Of a stretch of DNA of 64,000 bases, positions 21,327-32,200 are shown one piece after another. The notes beneath the pieces are model-generated. The model searched no databases. It was not told the DNA's origin and was given only the letters and a program-made list of their open reading frames with translations. The translations under genes and the position numbers were made by a program. Source of the stretch: Cyanophora paradoxa CCMP329 (Eukaryota > Plantae > Glaucophyta); assembly GCA_004431415.1 (NCBI GenBank), contig QPMI01000250.1, positions 53,875 to 117,874 of the forward strand. The letters run 5' to 3'. The stretch's first letter is position 1. Every line of letters begins with the position of its first letter.

Positions 21327-21895
21327 CCCGGAGCCCGCCGAGCGCTCCTGCAGCGAGCTCGGCGCGAGCGAGCCGCCAGTGACCTGGGCGCCGCCCAGCC
21401 CCGCCCCGCGCCGCCTCGCTCGGGCGTGCCAGTTGGCAACACCACCTGTTCCTCGCGGCGGGCTGCGAATAGGCACGCCCGAGGCTCGCATCCGCCTACG
21501 GTACACACACAGACTGCGATCCCATCGCCGGCGCAGCGCCCGTGCACCGCCCGCGGCGCCGCACGGGCCATTTACGATGGCGTCAATACCGCAGGTGGCG
21601 TCCCGCTGCGGCTTCGGCGCGCGCTCCGGCAAGCCTGGCGGGAGCATTACGATCGCCGGAGTCGCGGAAGGGCCCACGGCTGCGTGGCGAAAGCGCGCAC
21701 GCAAGCGCGTCTGCATCGGCCGCGCTTCCCCCTCTTCTTGAGCCCCGTGCGCCCCATCGAGTCCTTGCGCTCGTCCCCGCACCTGCAGGCATTTGGAAAC
21801 TCACTCGAGCTGCAGGTATTGTCGGGGAGCTGCTCGCATCTAGGCTGGCTGCAGCCGAGGTGAAGCTTGAAGGTAGTTCTGTCTCTGGATGTTCA
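21304..21895 (-). repeat. Internal inverted repeat copy B (core 21304-21781)
   Basis: Reverse complement of 11898-12535; directly upstream of the RING-PHD gene. Confidence 0.9.
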
Positions 21896-22043
21896 TCCCG
21901 AGCTCTAGGCCTAGGTCAATGTCACTTTGCTGTATGTGGATGTTTCCATTTCCTTTCCCGCCCAGTGCGAGCAGGAGAGAGCGTTTCATTAGACATAGCC
22001 AGAGCTAGCTATATCAAGCTAGGGCTAGAGGGCCGCTAGAGGG

Positions 22044-24244
22044 CTAGCCTAGCGGGCCCGGGGCCGCGCACGAGGGATCGAAATTGTGCACATAATAAAA
22101 GAAAGCTGCACGCATTTCCTGGGGCTCCAGCAGGTACTCGTCCGGTGGGAAGAAGCCCATCCCCTGCATTGACCGGGCACGGGGCGCGTCGTTGTTGGCG
22201 GGTGCGTCGTGCACCCACTGCATCCAGCCGGGGATGGACACATCGTACAGGTGCAGGTCGGAAAGCTGCTCGTTCAGCTGCAGCATGAACAAGAAGAGCC
22301 GGGGGAGCCCTCCAAGGGGGTTGCTGGAGTACTGCTCCGCAATGCGTCCACGTACCCCCGGAGCTTCCTCATCATACTCCCGCCCGAAGTTGACCACATG
22401 CTTCCAGATCTCCTTCAAGTCCTCATTGCATTCCTTGAACATCTCGTCCCGCAGCATCCTGAGCGTGAGGAAGCTTGATAAACAATGAAGGGAGTGCCCG
22501 GGGCAGGTAATTTCACACCGGAGAGTCGTGCGGGGTTCGTCAAAGACGACGAAGTCGGGCTCAACGGGGTCCTTCATGCGGCTGTCAAGGACCGAGCCGT
22601 TGACAGAGCCGCCCCTCTGGTTGTGGATATCCTTCATTTCCGTCCACTCTGGCAGGTTGAACATCAGAGGCCGCATGTAGTTCATGTTCTCGCGCCTGCA
22701 CCCGGGCCCAGTGAGCTGGGACCAGCACAATTTAAAGAACAGGGAACAGGTGCCGCAGTGCATACCACCAGTCTGGCCTGCCGTTCTGCCCCCCCGTCTC
22801 CTTGGAGCCTGAATTCACGTGGTGGTTCCAGCTGTTCTTCGCGATGGCGAGGCCGTACTCCATCACGTACATGGTCGCCTTCGCCATGGCAAACAGCTGT
22901 TGAGGGTCGAGTCTGAATGCAAGCGGAGAATAATAAGCATGCATGCCAAGTGAATTCGAATGCACGCATGCAAATTAAGAGCTCTTAATTTGGCAAGTCT
23001 CAGCCAGAAGTAACTGATTGTAGCCTTCCAACATGTACATAGGGATGGCCATCATGGTCTGTAGCTGTCATCGACTGGCGGGTCGCACGAAGGGCACCTG
23101 TTGTACCACTCGAGCATCTCCAGCATCACAGCCGCATCCACGATGGGCTTCGTGACCTTGACATTCACCCACCTGCCCATGGAGTGTTACCGGAGAGAGC
23201 AAATACAGAAGGAATGCGTGGGGGAGAGGGCGTGTCCATCACCTCCAATTCTTCTCGACCTTCGGGTTCCGGTAGGATGGGCCCACCATGACGGCGTCGC
23301 GCAGGTCGTTGGGATCTTCGAAGTTGAGCCTCCGCCAGGGAAGGCCGGTGGTGGGGTCCGTGATGTTGCCCTTCGCAATTTCCTCGTCGATCAGCCGCTC
23401 GGTTTCCTCCAGCACGAGCGCCTTTCGGTGGCCGCGCCCCGGGGTCAGGTGCGGCGCAGGTGAGCAAGAGGAGTGGGAGGGAGCACACGTGGGCTGTCCA
23501 GGTCAGCCGGTTCTCTGCGCCGCAGTCCGAGGAGACCGTGTCGAAGACCCCGAACTCCTCCACGACCGACCTGCAGCTCTGGGGTCACGGAGCACGCAGC
23601 TGCGAGGCGTGTGCCCCTCGCGCGCACTTGTACAGTTTGTAGCCTTGTATAGTGGAGCGAGCAAGCCCGCAATGCAAGTCCAGGATGAATGTGGACGTAT
23701 TCTCCACGGCCGCGAAGATGTAGACGTTCGTGTACGGCACCGCCTTCTCGTTCTGGTCGAAACCGACACTCCAGCCGAAGAACTTCCTGCGCACAAGGCG
23801 TGCGTCAGCGCGGCGCGGCGGTGCGGCACGGGCGGCGTGGCGGCGCGGACCCGTAGAAGGTCGAGCGGTGGATGGACCTGCGCTTTTTCGCGAACTCGCC
23901 CAGGCGAACGTTGCGTCCCGTCGGATCCAGCTCCGCGAGGGCGTGCTGAATCCTAGACTTCGCCACAGTGATGCCCGCGGCCCTGAGCGCCCGCGGATCG
24001 CGTCGTAGCCGTATCCGTCGCCGCACAAAGTCGCCGCTTCTTCTACGACATCGTAAACTGCCTCCTTTGAGAGAGAGTAGTCCGTCGAGAGGTCGAGGTC
24101 GCTGAGCTTGTAGCGCAGGGCGCGCATCGAAATCTGGATTTGGTGCTCCTCGTGCAGCAGAGCCACGATCTCCCTCGCCTTTCTCTTCTGAGCCACATAC
24201 TCCTCCAGAATCTCCGGGTCGATGTAAATCTCGAAGCCGCTCAT
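22044..24244 (-). CDS. IS3/IS481-like (IS3EU-type) DDE transposase, multi-exon
   Basis: HTH N-terminus (ISMRALRYKL..LSKEAVYDVV..GYDAIR..GITVAKSRIQHALAELDPTG); catalytic D in GFDQNEK (23756-8), D in SSDCGAEN (23525-7), E in SYRNPKVEKNWR (23254-6); later SWNHH motif; one 1-nt frameshift in a G run at ~23993. Confidence 0.85.
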
Positions 24245-24796
24245 TGCGAGGCGAACCGCAATGAGCGCCCGCAGCTCCGTGCACTAGGCTATCGCTGTTT
24301 TGGCCGGCTGGGGCGGCTCTCCGGCGGTCTGCCGCCGGCTGTTCCCGCGGTCGAAAAATTCACTGCACCCCCCCTCCCTTGACGCTGTCGTCAAAACCGA
24401 GTGCTGGGCCGCGTCGGGCGCGCGCAGCATCTTCAGCGACCTAGCATCGCATCCGTGGTAGGTTTGAGCGCTGCCGGCATGCATCTGAGTGCCCGAGCTG
24501 GCGCCCGCACGCTCGACGGGCGCGCGTCCAGGGCAGCGCGCGCGCAGCCCGCCCGGCCACACGAACCACTTGTATGTATGATACAAAGACCTCTTACGCT
24601 ACTAGCTCGCCGGCGCCGCGCCCGGGCTCCTGTTCACTATGCCAGGATCGGCTGCCAGGGACTGCCTGCCTGGCCGCTGCCATGCCCGGTGCATGTGCCT
24701 ACGTATTTGTTCCACCAAGGAGCGCCCCGCTCGCCGCCCCCTGCCTTGCACCATGACCATATACAACAATCCCTCCGGGAATTGAAGCAAATGCTC

Positions 24797-24853
24797 CTGG
24801 GGGGGGTGCACACCAAGGGCCCTGACAGGGGGTGCACACCAAGGGCCCTGACA
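24797..24853 (-). repeat. Right terminal inverted repeat, tandemly duplicated (26 bp x2)
   Basis: gggggtgcacaccaagggccctgaca at 24802-24827 and 24828-24853, followed by TSD TTTGCA. Confidence 0.78.
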
Positions 24854-25905
24854 TTTGCACCAAAATTCACGCCACTCGCCCCGCCTGCAGCAATAGAAGA
24901 GGCTCTGATATCGAAGGCAGGTCGAGGCAGAGCACCTCTGCGCCTGAACGCAGCCTTCCTGCGTGGCGGCGCCCTCAACACGAAGTTGAAAGGCTGGCAG
25001 CTGGTCCCCTAGGCCTGTTCCTGTTCCGCCAACCAAGGAGGTGGTGCCGCGCTGCTGAACTGTGGATAGGCCGGCTCAGCCCCCTGGAACCACTCTCTGG
25101 GCGTGTTAGCACACACTGTTCGCATGTAAGCTGGGCTTCCAAATTGTACAAGTTGCCCTTCAGCTTGCAGCTGCAGGGGGCCGGTCGCGCGAGGTAACCG
25201 ACGAGTCGCCGGCACATGTCCTGCCTTCATCCAAGTTAGCTATATAGTGGTGCTATGATGTTCCGGTGCGCACTGACCGCGTCCTTGCGCTGCCGGGGAG
25301 GTCGAGGTCGTGCGGTGCAGTGGCCCCGATCCGACGGTTGAGCTGGCGCAGAACGACCTAGAAAGAGGGGCTGGGACGATAGGTTGCCGCTATATGCTTT
25401 GGCTCGGGTTCCTATGTCCTGTAGAGTCCTTGAGGCGGGGTATTCTGTACCCCCCAGCTCGCTGGCACAGCCTGCAGCTGGCAGTGTCTTTTACTTGCTC
25501 TCTCTCTCTAGCTGGCAGTGCGTGGCACAGCCTGGCAGTGGCGCCCCCGCGGCCGGCGGCCGCCTGGCGGCTGATCTAGAGCGGGTCGCTAGCGCTAGCG
25601 GAAAGGATCTATGCGCGCCGGTTTCCCGAAATCGATCTCGGCCGGGCCTTCACTAAGTAAGTTAAGCTTCAATTGCAAGCTTTATGATTTCGATCTGCCC
25701 CTAGGCCTGTGCGCAGGCCCAGGCTGAATTCATCTCTAGTTCTCATGGTCAGAGCCCGTATAAGGGCTCCCCCCACTGCCTAAACGACCCCGCCTCCCTG
25801 GGAGCACCTGTAGCCAATATCCGCGGGGAGGCCAATGGCAGCGCGCTGCAGTGTACATCCCACACTTGTGACCCGGAACTTGCGATATAACTTTTTGTCC
25901 ATATG

Positions 25906-27098
25906 CTAATAATTAAGCATACCGGGAATCTGGCTCTCTCGAGGCTTTGCCCTGCCAATGAGCTCCTTGGCATCCTTGACCCCCTTCTTATCCAGCGCCG
26001 CCTTGAACTCGTTCTCCAATCGCTCGAACACCTTGGGGCCCTCCTTCATGAGCTGGGTGCCTATCTGGACAAGCGAAGCACCGGCCAGCAGGTGCTCCAC
26101 AATATCCATCCCGGTCTCTACCCCTCCACAGCCAACAATGCACTGCTTTTCATCGAATAGCTCGTACATCCTTCTCACCTGCAGAAGCTCGTTTGAAATC
26201 GTAGTGTAAATGACAGCTTGGCGCTGCGCACCTGCCCAATGGCGACAGGCTTGACATACATGCCGCCAAGACCCCCGAACTTGTTCTTGATCACGAACTC
26301 CTCCGTGATTGGATCGATGATGCAGGCGTGCGGCACACTGTTAATCATTACAACGTAGTCGACCCCAACCTGAGGAGTAGAGGTCACTTCGAGAGCGGAC
26401 AAAGCTGCACGCGCATGCCAAGTCACCTCCTTGAGGACGTCGACCATCTTCTGTGCGAAGATAGGGTCGGGGTAGGGTGGTAGCTTAACACCGATCGGTG
26501 TGCTCCCCGATACCTTCTTCACTTTCACAAGCACATCCTTGCTCGTCTCAAAGTCGAAGGCGACCTGCGTGTACGCAAAGCAGCTCAAGCGCCCGAAGCG
26601 CTGCAGATCGGCGCGTACGCGTTCACCTGCGGCTTGCCAACAATGTTCGGGCATGATAGATTGATCTCGAGCGCGTCCACGCCGGCCTGAAGGTAGCGCT
26701 GAGTGATAGGGACGTAGTCGTCGGGCTTCATTCCAGAGACGCTGGCGATGATGGGCTTGTTGTACTGACGCAGATCGGGGATGATCGATGCGTACTTCTC
26801 CGGCCCGAGGTTTGGCAGGCTGCGCGAGTCTCAGCCCGGCTGCGCGCCAGCGCGATCGGCCGCACCCCATCGAGTTCACGGATCCCAGCTTGTCCTCGAA
26901 CCAGCGAGGCTTCAGATTTCCATCGCGCGGCTCGAGCGTCGTCGACTTGATGAGGATCGCGCCCGCGCGGCTCTTCCCCAGATCGTGCAGCTCGCTTTCC
27001 GACATGCACCACGCGCCGGACGCATTGTAGATGAGCGGGGAGAATTTGATCCCGAACTTCTCGTTGTCTACGAGCGCTGAGCTCTGCCCGGCGCCCAT
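25906..27098 (-). CDS. Class 1A (fumarate-dependent, soluble) dihydroorotate dehydrogenase, URA1/PyrDA-like
   Basis: NASG, KSTT, NSMGLPNLG, EINLSCPN (catalytic Cys), VKLPPY (1A-type), INS, GGLGG..KP, IVGCGGV, GASLVQIGT; about 4 GT-AG introns. Confidence 0.92.
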
Positions 27099-27180
27099 TC
27101 TGCCGGCTGCGGCGCTGCGATGCTCGGCTTAGCAGGGGTACGCAATGACGACTTTGAACACAGTACCCTCGTAGCAAAAG

Positions 27181-29107
27181 ATGGAGACGCCAGCCCAGCT
27201 CGTGACCCAGCTGCGCGACGCCAAGACGCTGGAGGAGGTCCAGCGCAGCAGCGCCGCCATCCTGGCGTCGATCGAATCGTTTACCGAGTCATCGCTCGCC
27301 GGCGGCTTTTTCGCCGCGATTGGTGCGTACGCGTCTTCGCGTCGCGGCGCGCTGTCGGGGCGGGATGTGTCGGACGCACCGGTCTCACCGCCTCCCGCCA
27401 CAGTTTCCGCGACGAGGAAGGCCAAGGAAAGCAAGGCCGGTTCCGCGCCCGACGCCGCTGGATACGTGAATGTCGCGAACTCGCTTCTGTCCTGCGCGAA
27501 GACGTGCCCGATCCTTAGCGGTGCGTCGTTTGCGTCCATTGGACAAGCGCGAATTTGACGCGCGTCGTGCCATTCCGATTTGCCCGAGAAGAGAACCAAA
27601 AGAAGTGCGTCTTGATTACATAGTGTCGCGCGTACGCGCGCCCCGAGCCCGATCTGAGCGGGCCCTGCCGTCGGTGAGCGAATGAAATGAGCTGATGCTT
27701 GGACCTCGCAGGCGCGCTGACGAGATGCTGACCGAGCTGTGCGCATCGCCGCGTTTCTTTTTAAGACCAACGATGTATTCACGCCCGCACAGCAACTCGG
27801 ACAATCCCCTCGACCGCATCACTCCTCCGGAGCCCCGCGAGGAGGGCGAGCGCCCGAAGCGCCGCCGCGAGCGCGGCAAGAAGAAGGCGGAGGGCCAGGT
27901 CTGCTTGCAGCCGGATAACTGGCATCTTCTTCAGAGCGCTCATAGCGCTCATCATCCTGCAGAGCGCTCCGGCCGCTACGGACGCCAACACGCCTCAGGT
28001 TCGTCTTGAACCAAGCCTCTTTCACTCCGTGTTGCTGAAGCCAGTGGTTAAAGACCCAGGAGAGCTGGAACCTCGTCTGCACGAATGCTTCTCAGCTCGC
28101 CACTACTCTGGAGGGCTTCACCGGTGTGCGGCGAACGGTTCCTTTCTTTGAGTCGTCATGGACACCGGCTCGCAGGGTTCAAGTTCAGCCCGCGTACGAT
28201 CGGGCACCTGCGGGCGGCGCTGCTGCACGATTCTGCCTTCTCCGACCTGCCCGAGCTGCGCGTCCGCGTGCGTCCGCTCTCATCCCCTTGTGCGTCTTCG
28301 TGCGGTCCAACGCCGGCGGCAGCTCGCGGACACGGAGCACATGCGGCTGGAGTTCCTCGGAAACAGCGTGCTGCAGACCGTCGCGGCGAGCTACGTCTTC
28401 AGCCAGTTCAAGACGTGCGCCCCCGCCGAGGAGTTCACCGCCTCAATAAGAGCGATCTCGAAGCGACGGGAATGCTGACGTAGGGCCGGGGCAGATCGAC
28501 GTCGAAGCAGCTGGACAACCTGCGCAAGGGCCTCACCGACGCCAAGGCCGCCACGCAGTACGCGACGAAGCTCAACCTCGGCCACCTCGTCCTCCTCGGG
28601 CAGGGCGCCGCCGCCGGCGACGCCAACGCGAACAATGCCAAGAAGCCGACCCTCGCCGGTGCGCTCTCGTCGTTCCTGCCCCCACCTCTCCTCTCCTCGT
28701 CCCGCGCCGACCGCTCGCGAAGATACTTTCAGGCCGGTGCTGGGCGCGCTCTTCGCCTCGGGCGGCATGAACCCGTGCCAGACGCTCTTCAAGAAGATTG
28801 TGGACGCCCCCGCGGCCCCCGCCGGCCAGCCCGCCCCGACCGCCGACGGCGAGGGTGTGCCTGCAGGACTTCGATGTCTTTTTCTTCCGTAACGCGTACC
28901 ACAGGCGCAGGGAAGCGCCGCAACCGCCGGCGAGGCCCGCGGCCTGCGGCAGAAGGCGCTGCGGGCGATGCTCCGGCCGGGGGTGCCGCTGGTGAGCAGG
29001 CCGCCGACGGCGCCGCGCCCCGCGAGCGGCGCCCGCGCCGCGGTCGCGGCCGCGGTGGCGCAGCTGCTGAGGGGGCCGCTGTTGCCGCTGAGCCCGCCGC
29101 CGCGTAG
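27181..29107 (+). CDS. RNase III-domain protein with altered catalytic residues and basic low-complexity tail
   Basis: LRAALLHDS..HMRLEFLGNSVL..LADTFRPVLGALF across GT-AG introns. Confidence 0.75.
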
Positions 29108-29267
29108 GCTCTAGGTAGATCTGCCGTGCACACGCAGTAAGTTTTGAGAGATAAGGCAGTGCAGCTGGTCGTTCGCTTTCCCGCTTTCCCTCCCGTGCAG
29201 TTCCTCCAATTTCATCGCGAAGTCCGCGTCAAAAATATCTCGTTCAAGCCTACCTGGCTGCTGCTAG

Positions 29268-32200
29268 CTAGTTTGCTGGGGCGGCCGCTGCTGGTTCGGG
29301 TTCGGGGAGCACAGCCAAGGCGATGCGGGGGGCGAGGGCGGTGTGGAGGAAGCGGCAGAGGGCGGGGTCCGTGGCGCGGAGGGCCCCGTCGGGGGCAAGG
29401 AGGTCAGCGACGAGGGCGGCGGCTTCCTCGGCGAGCTCCCAGCCGGCCGCCGCCGCCCCCGCCGCCCCTGCCTCGGCCCCGAGCAGCGCCGCAAGGTCCC
29501 CGAGGGCCCCCCGCCACGCCGCCTCGAGCGGCCCGCGCTCGGCGCCCGCCCGCAACGCCGCCCGCAGCGCCGCGACGCGGCCCTGCAGCGCCGCGACCGC
29601 CCCGCGCCGCGCCTCGACCGCGAGCAGCGCCGGCAGCCCGCCGGGGGCACCGTCCGGCTCTCCAGCCGGCGCCGCCGACGAGGCCGCTCCCGGCGCGGCC
29701 TTCAGGGTCCCCTTGGCGTCCTTCGCTGCCGCAGCGGGAGCCGCGGGGGCGGCCTGCGTCGGCGCGGCGCTCCGGGGGCGCGGAGGCACGGGGCGATGGC
29801 GAGGAGCAGGGTGAGGATGGGCCCTGAAGGAGGCGGCGGGCTGCGCGGCGCGGCGGTCAGGGGTGGCGCGGGGCGGGGGCGGGGCCGTGGCGGCGCGCAC
29901 GGGGAGGCGCGCTTGGCGGGGGCGGGGTCGGGGCGCGGGGCGGGGGCCTCGAGCCAGATGGAGGCAACGTAGGCCGGGGACGGGGCCGCGAAGGGCCGCC
30001 CCGCGGGGTCCGGCAGCTCGTCGAGGCAGCACGCGGCGTAGGCCGGCAGGGCGGCCCGCAGGTAGCGATGCAGGCCGCAGAGCTTGGCCACGGCGGCGTC
30101 CAGGGCGGGGCCGGCCGCCAGCGCCGCCCGCTCCCGCAGCAGCGCGCGCTGATACGCGAGGACGGTGCGGACGGGGAGGTCGCGGGGGGCCTCCCCCTCG
30201 CCCCCGCGCCGCGCCGCCTCGGCCTGCTGCATGTCGGCGACGCAGGCCTCGGGGAGGCCGGCGAGGGGTGCCGGGGCGGCGCCCTCGGGCCCCTCGCCGA
30301 GGCGCTCGAGCTGGCGGGCCATCCCCTCGAGGCGCGCCGCCGCGTCCAGGAACGTCGCCGCCGCCGAGAGCGCCTCCGCCGCGGGGCGCCGCGGCCCGTC
30401 CAGCCGCGCCCCGTGCGCGAGCGCGAGCTCGGCGAGGGCGGCGCGGGCGGCGGCGTGCGGGTGGAATCCCCGCACGACGCTCTCCACGACGGCGATCTGC
30501 AGCGGCTGCGCCACGCTCGCGTGCGCCTCCTCGCTCCCCGTCGCCTCCCCCGGACCGGCGCCCCAGCGGCCGGCCGCCAGCCCGGGCGCCGCGCCGTCGC
30601 GCGCGAGGAGGGCGCGGCGGGCGCGCGCGAGGGCGACGCCGAGGGCGGCCTTGTCCGGGGGCGCGATGTGGAGGGCGCGGCGGGCGCAGGCGGCGGCGTG
30701 GGCGAGGAGGGCGACGGCGGCGTCGAGGTCGCCGAGGGCCGTGAGGGCCGCCCCGCGCCGCACCTCCGCCCGCACCAGCAGCGCCACGTGCGGCACGTAC
30801 ACGCTCGAGAGCTCCCCCGCCTGCCCGCCGCCCCTCAGCGCCCGTGCGGCGGCGGGGCGGGGCGCAGGGCGGACGTAGGAGGGGTCGAGGTCGAGGCCGG
30901 CGGCGGCGGCGCGGGCCTGCAGGAGGGCGACGGCCTCGCCGTAGAGCGCGGCCGCCTCGGCGACGGCCGCCGGCGTCGGGCCGCCCTCGGCCCGCGGGGC
31001 GCAGCGCACGGCGAGGTCCCCCGCGTACAGCAGCGCGCTCGCCGCCGCCGCGTCGTCCACGCCGGCCCCGCGGGCCCGCGCCAGCAGCTCCCCCCTGTAC
31101 GCCGCCAGCGCCTCCTCCCTGCGGCCCCGGCCTCGGCCGCCGGCGAGGTGCGCAGGGGGCGGGGCGGGCGCACGGGCGGCCGAGGAGGACGTCGCACTGG
31201 GCGGCGATGTGCCCGAGGGCGAGCCGCTCGTGCTCCTCTCCGACCCGCCCCGCCTCCTGCGCCGCCCCTCAGCCCCGCGCCCCGGCGCCGGCGGGGGCGG
31301 GGGCGGGGCGGGCCTCGGCGCCGGCGGCGGCCTGGGCGCGGGCGAGGGCGTAGCGGCCCTGTGCGAGGAGGGCCTCCGCGAGGGCGCGCCGCACGCCAAG
31401 CCAGAAGCGCGGACCCAGCGCGAGGGCCGCCCGCGCCTCCAGCTGCCGCGCCGCCGGCCCCAAGGAGGCGGAGCGTGCGCGGGCGCGGCGGCGAGGGCGG
31501 CCCGCGCGCGCTGCAGCTCCTTGCCGCAGAGCAGCGCCACGAGCTCGAGCAGCTGCACCGCCTGCGGCCGGACCTCGCAACCCGGGCGGGGCGCGCGCTG
31601 CGGGGGCGGGGCGCACGCTGGCGGGGCGCCCGCGGCGCGCGTGGGCGGCGGCGAGGCCGGCCATCGCCCGGCAGAGGACCTCCAGCTCCGAGACGCTAAT
31701 CCGCTCTGCGCCGCCCTCAGCGCCCGCCACGCCCCGCCCCGCCCCGCAGCGCCCCCGCGCGGCGCACCCTCGGGAGCCGGCGGCGTCGGGGAGCCGGCGG
31801 CGGCGGGCCGCCCTTGGCGCCGGCGGCGGCCTGCTTGGCGGCCGTCCGCGGCGTTGCCGGCGGGGCCGCCGTCTTCGGGGCGCCGCGGTGCCGGGCTTGC
31901 CGGGGCGGGGCCGGGGCGGCGGGGCCGGGGCGGGGAGGCCGGCCTTGGGGGCGAGCTCGTTGCGGAGGGCGGTGAGGCCCTCCTCCGCCTCCGCGAGGCA
32001 CAGCTCCACCACCGCACCGGCCCCCGTTTCCGCCGGGCCCGCGCCCCCTGCCCTTTCGCCACCCCCTTCGCCCCCGCCGCCGGCGCCGCGGCCGGCTTCC
32101 CCGCGGGGGCGCGGCGGGACGGCCGGCCTGGGCAGGGGTCGGCGGCTTGTTGGGGTCGGCGGCGGCGGAGCGCGGGTAGCCGTCGGGCCCGCGGGCGACG

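Larger units (their letters stand above)
5650..24853. mobile_element. Giant (19,204 bp) IS3/IS481-related (IS3EU-like) DNA transposon with multi-gene cargo
   Basis: Identical 6-bp flanking duplication TTTGCA (5644-5649 and 24854-24859); imperfect TIRs; DDE transposase gene at 22044-24244 about 600 bp from the right end. Confidence 0.8.

Noticed and set aside
11898-21895. The 600-bp inverted pair as TIRs of the autonomous element
   Set aside because: The full transposase lies outside them, no TSD was found and the outer edges fade; the 5650/24853 ends have a TSD
23985-24000. Programmed -1 frameshift in the transposase as in bacterial IS3
   Set aside because: No slippery heptamer, and the paralogue at 12558 reads through this region in frame; a homopolymer error or mutation is more likely
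24860-25400. Cys-rich minus-strand ORF fragments right of the element
   Set aside because: No coherent motif or frame; possibly repeat debris
4493-25509. 26-bp inverted match (agagagagagagcaagtaaaagacac) as ends of a 21-kb element
   Set aside because: It belongs to a dispersed microsatellite-tailed repeat family, has no TSD, and would enclose a host tRNA
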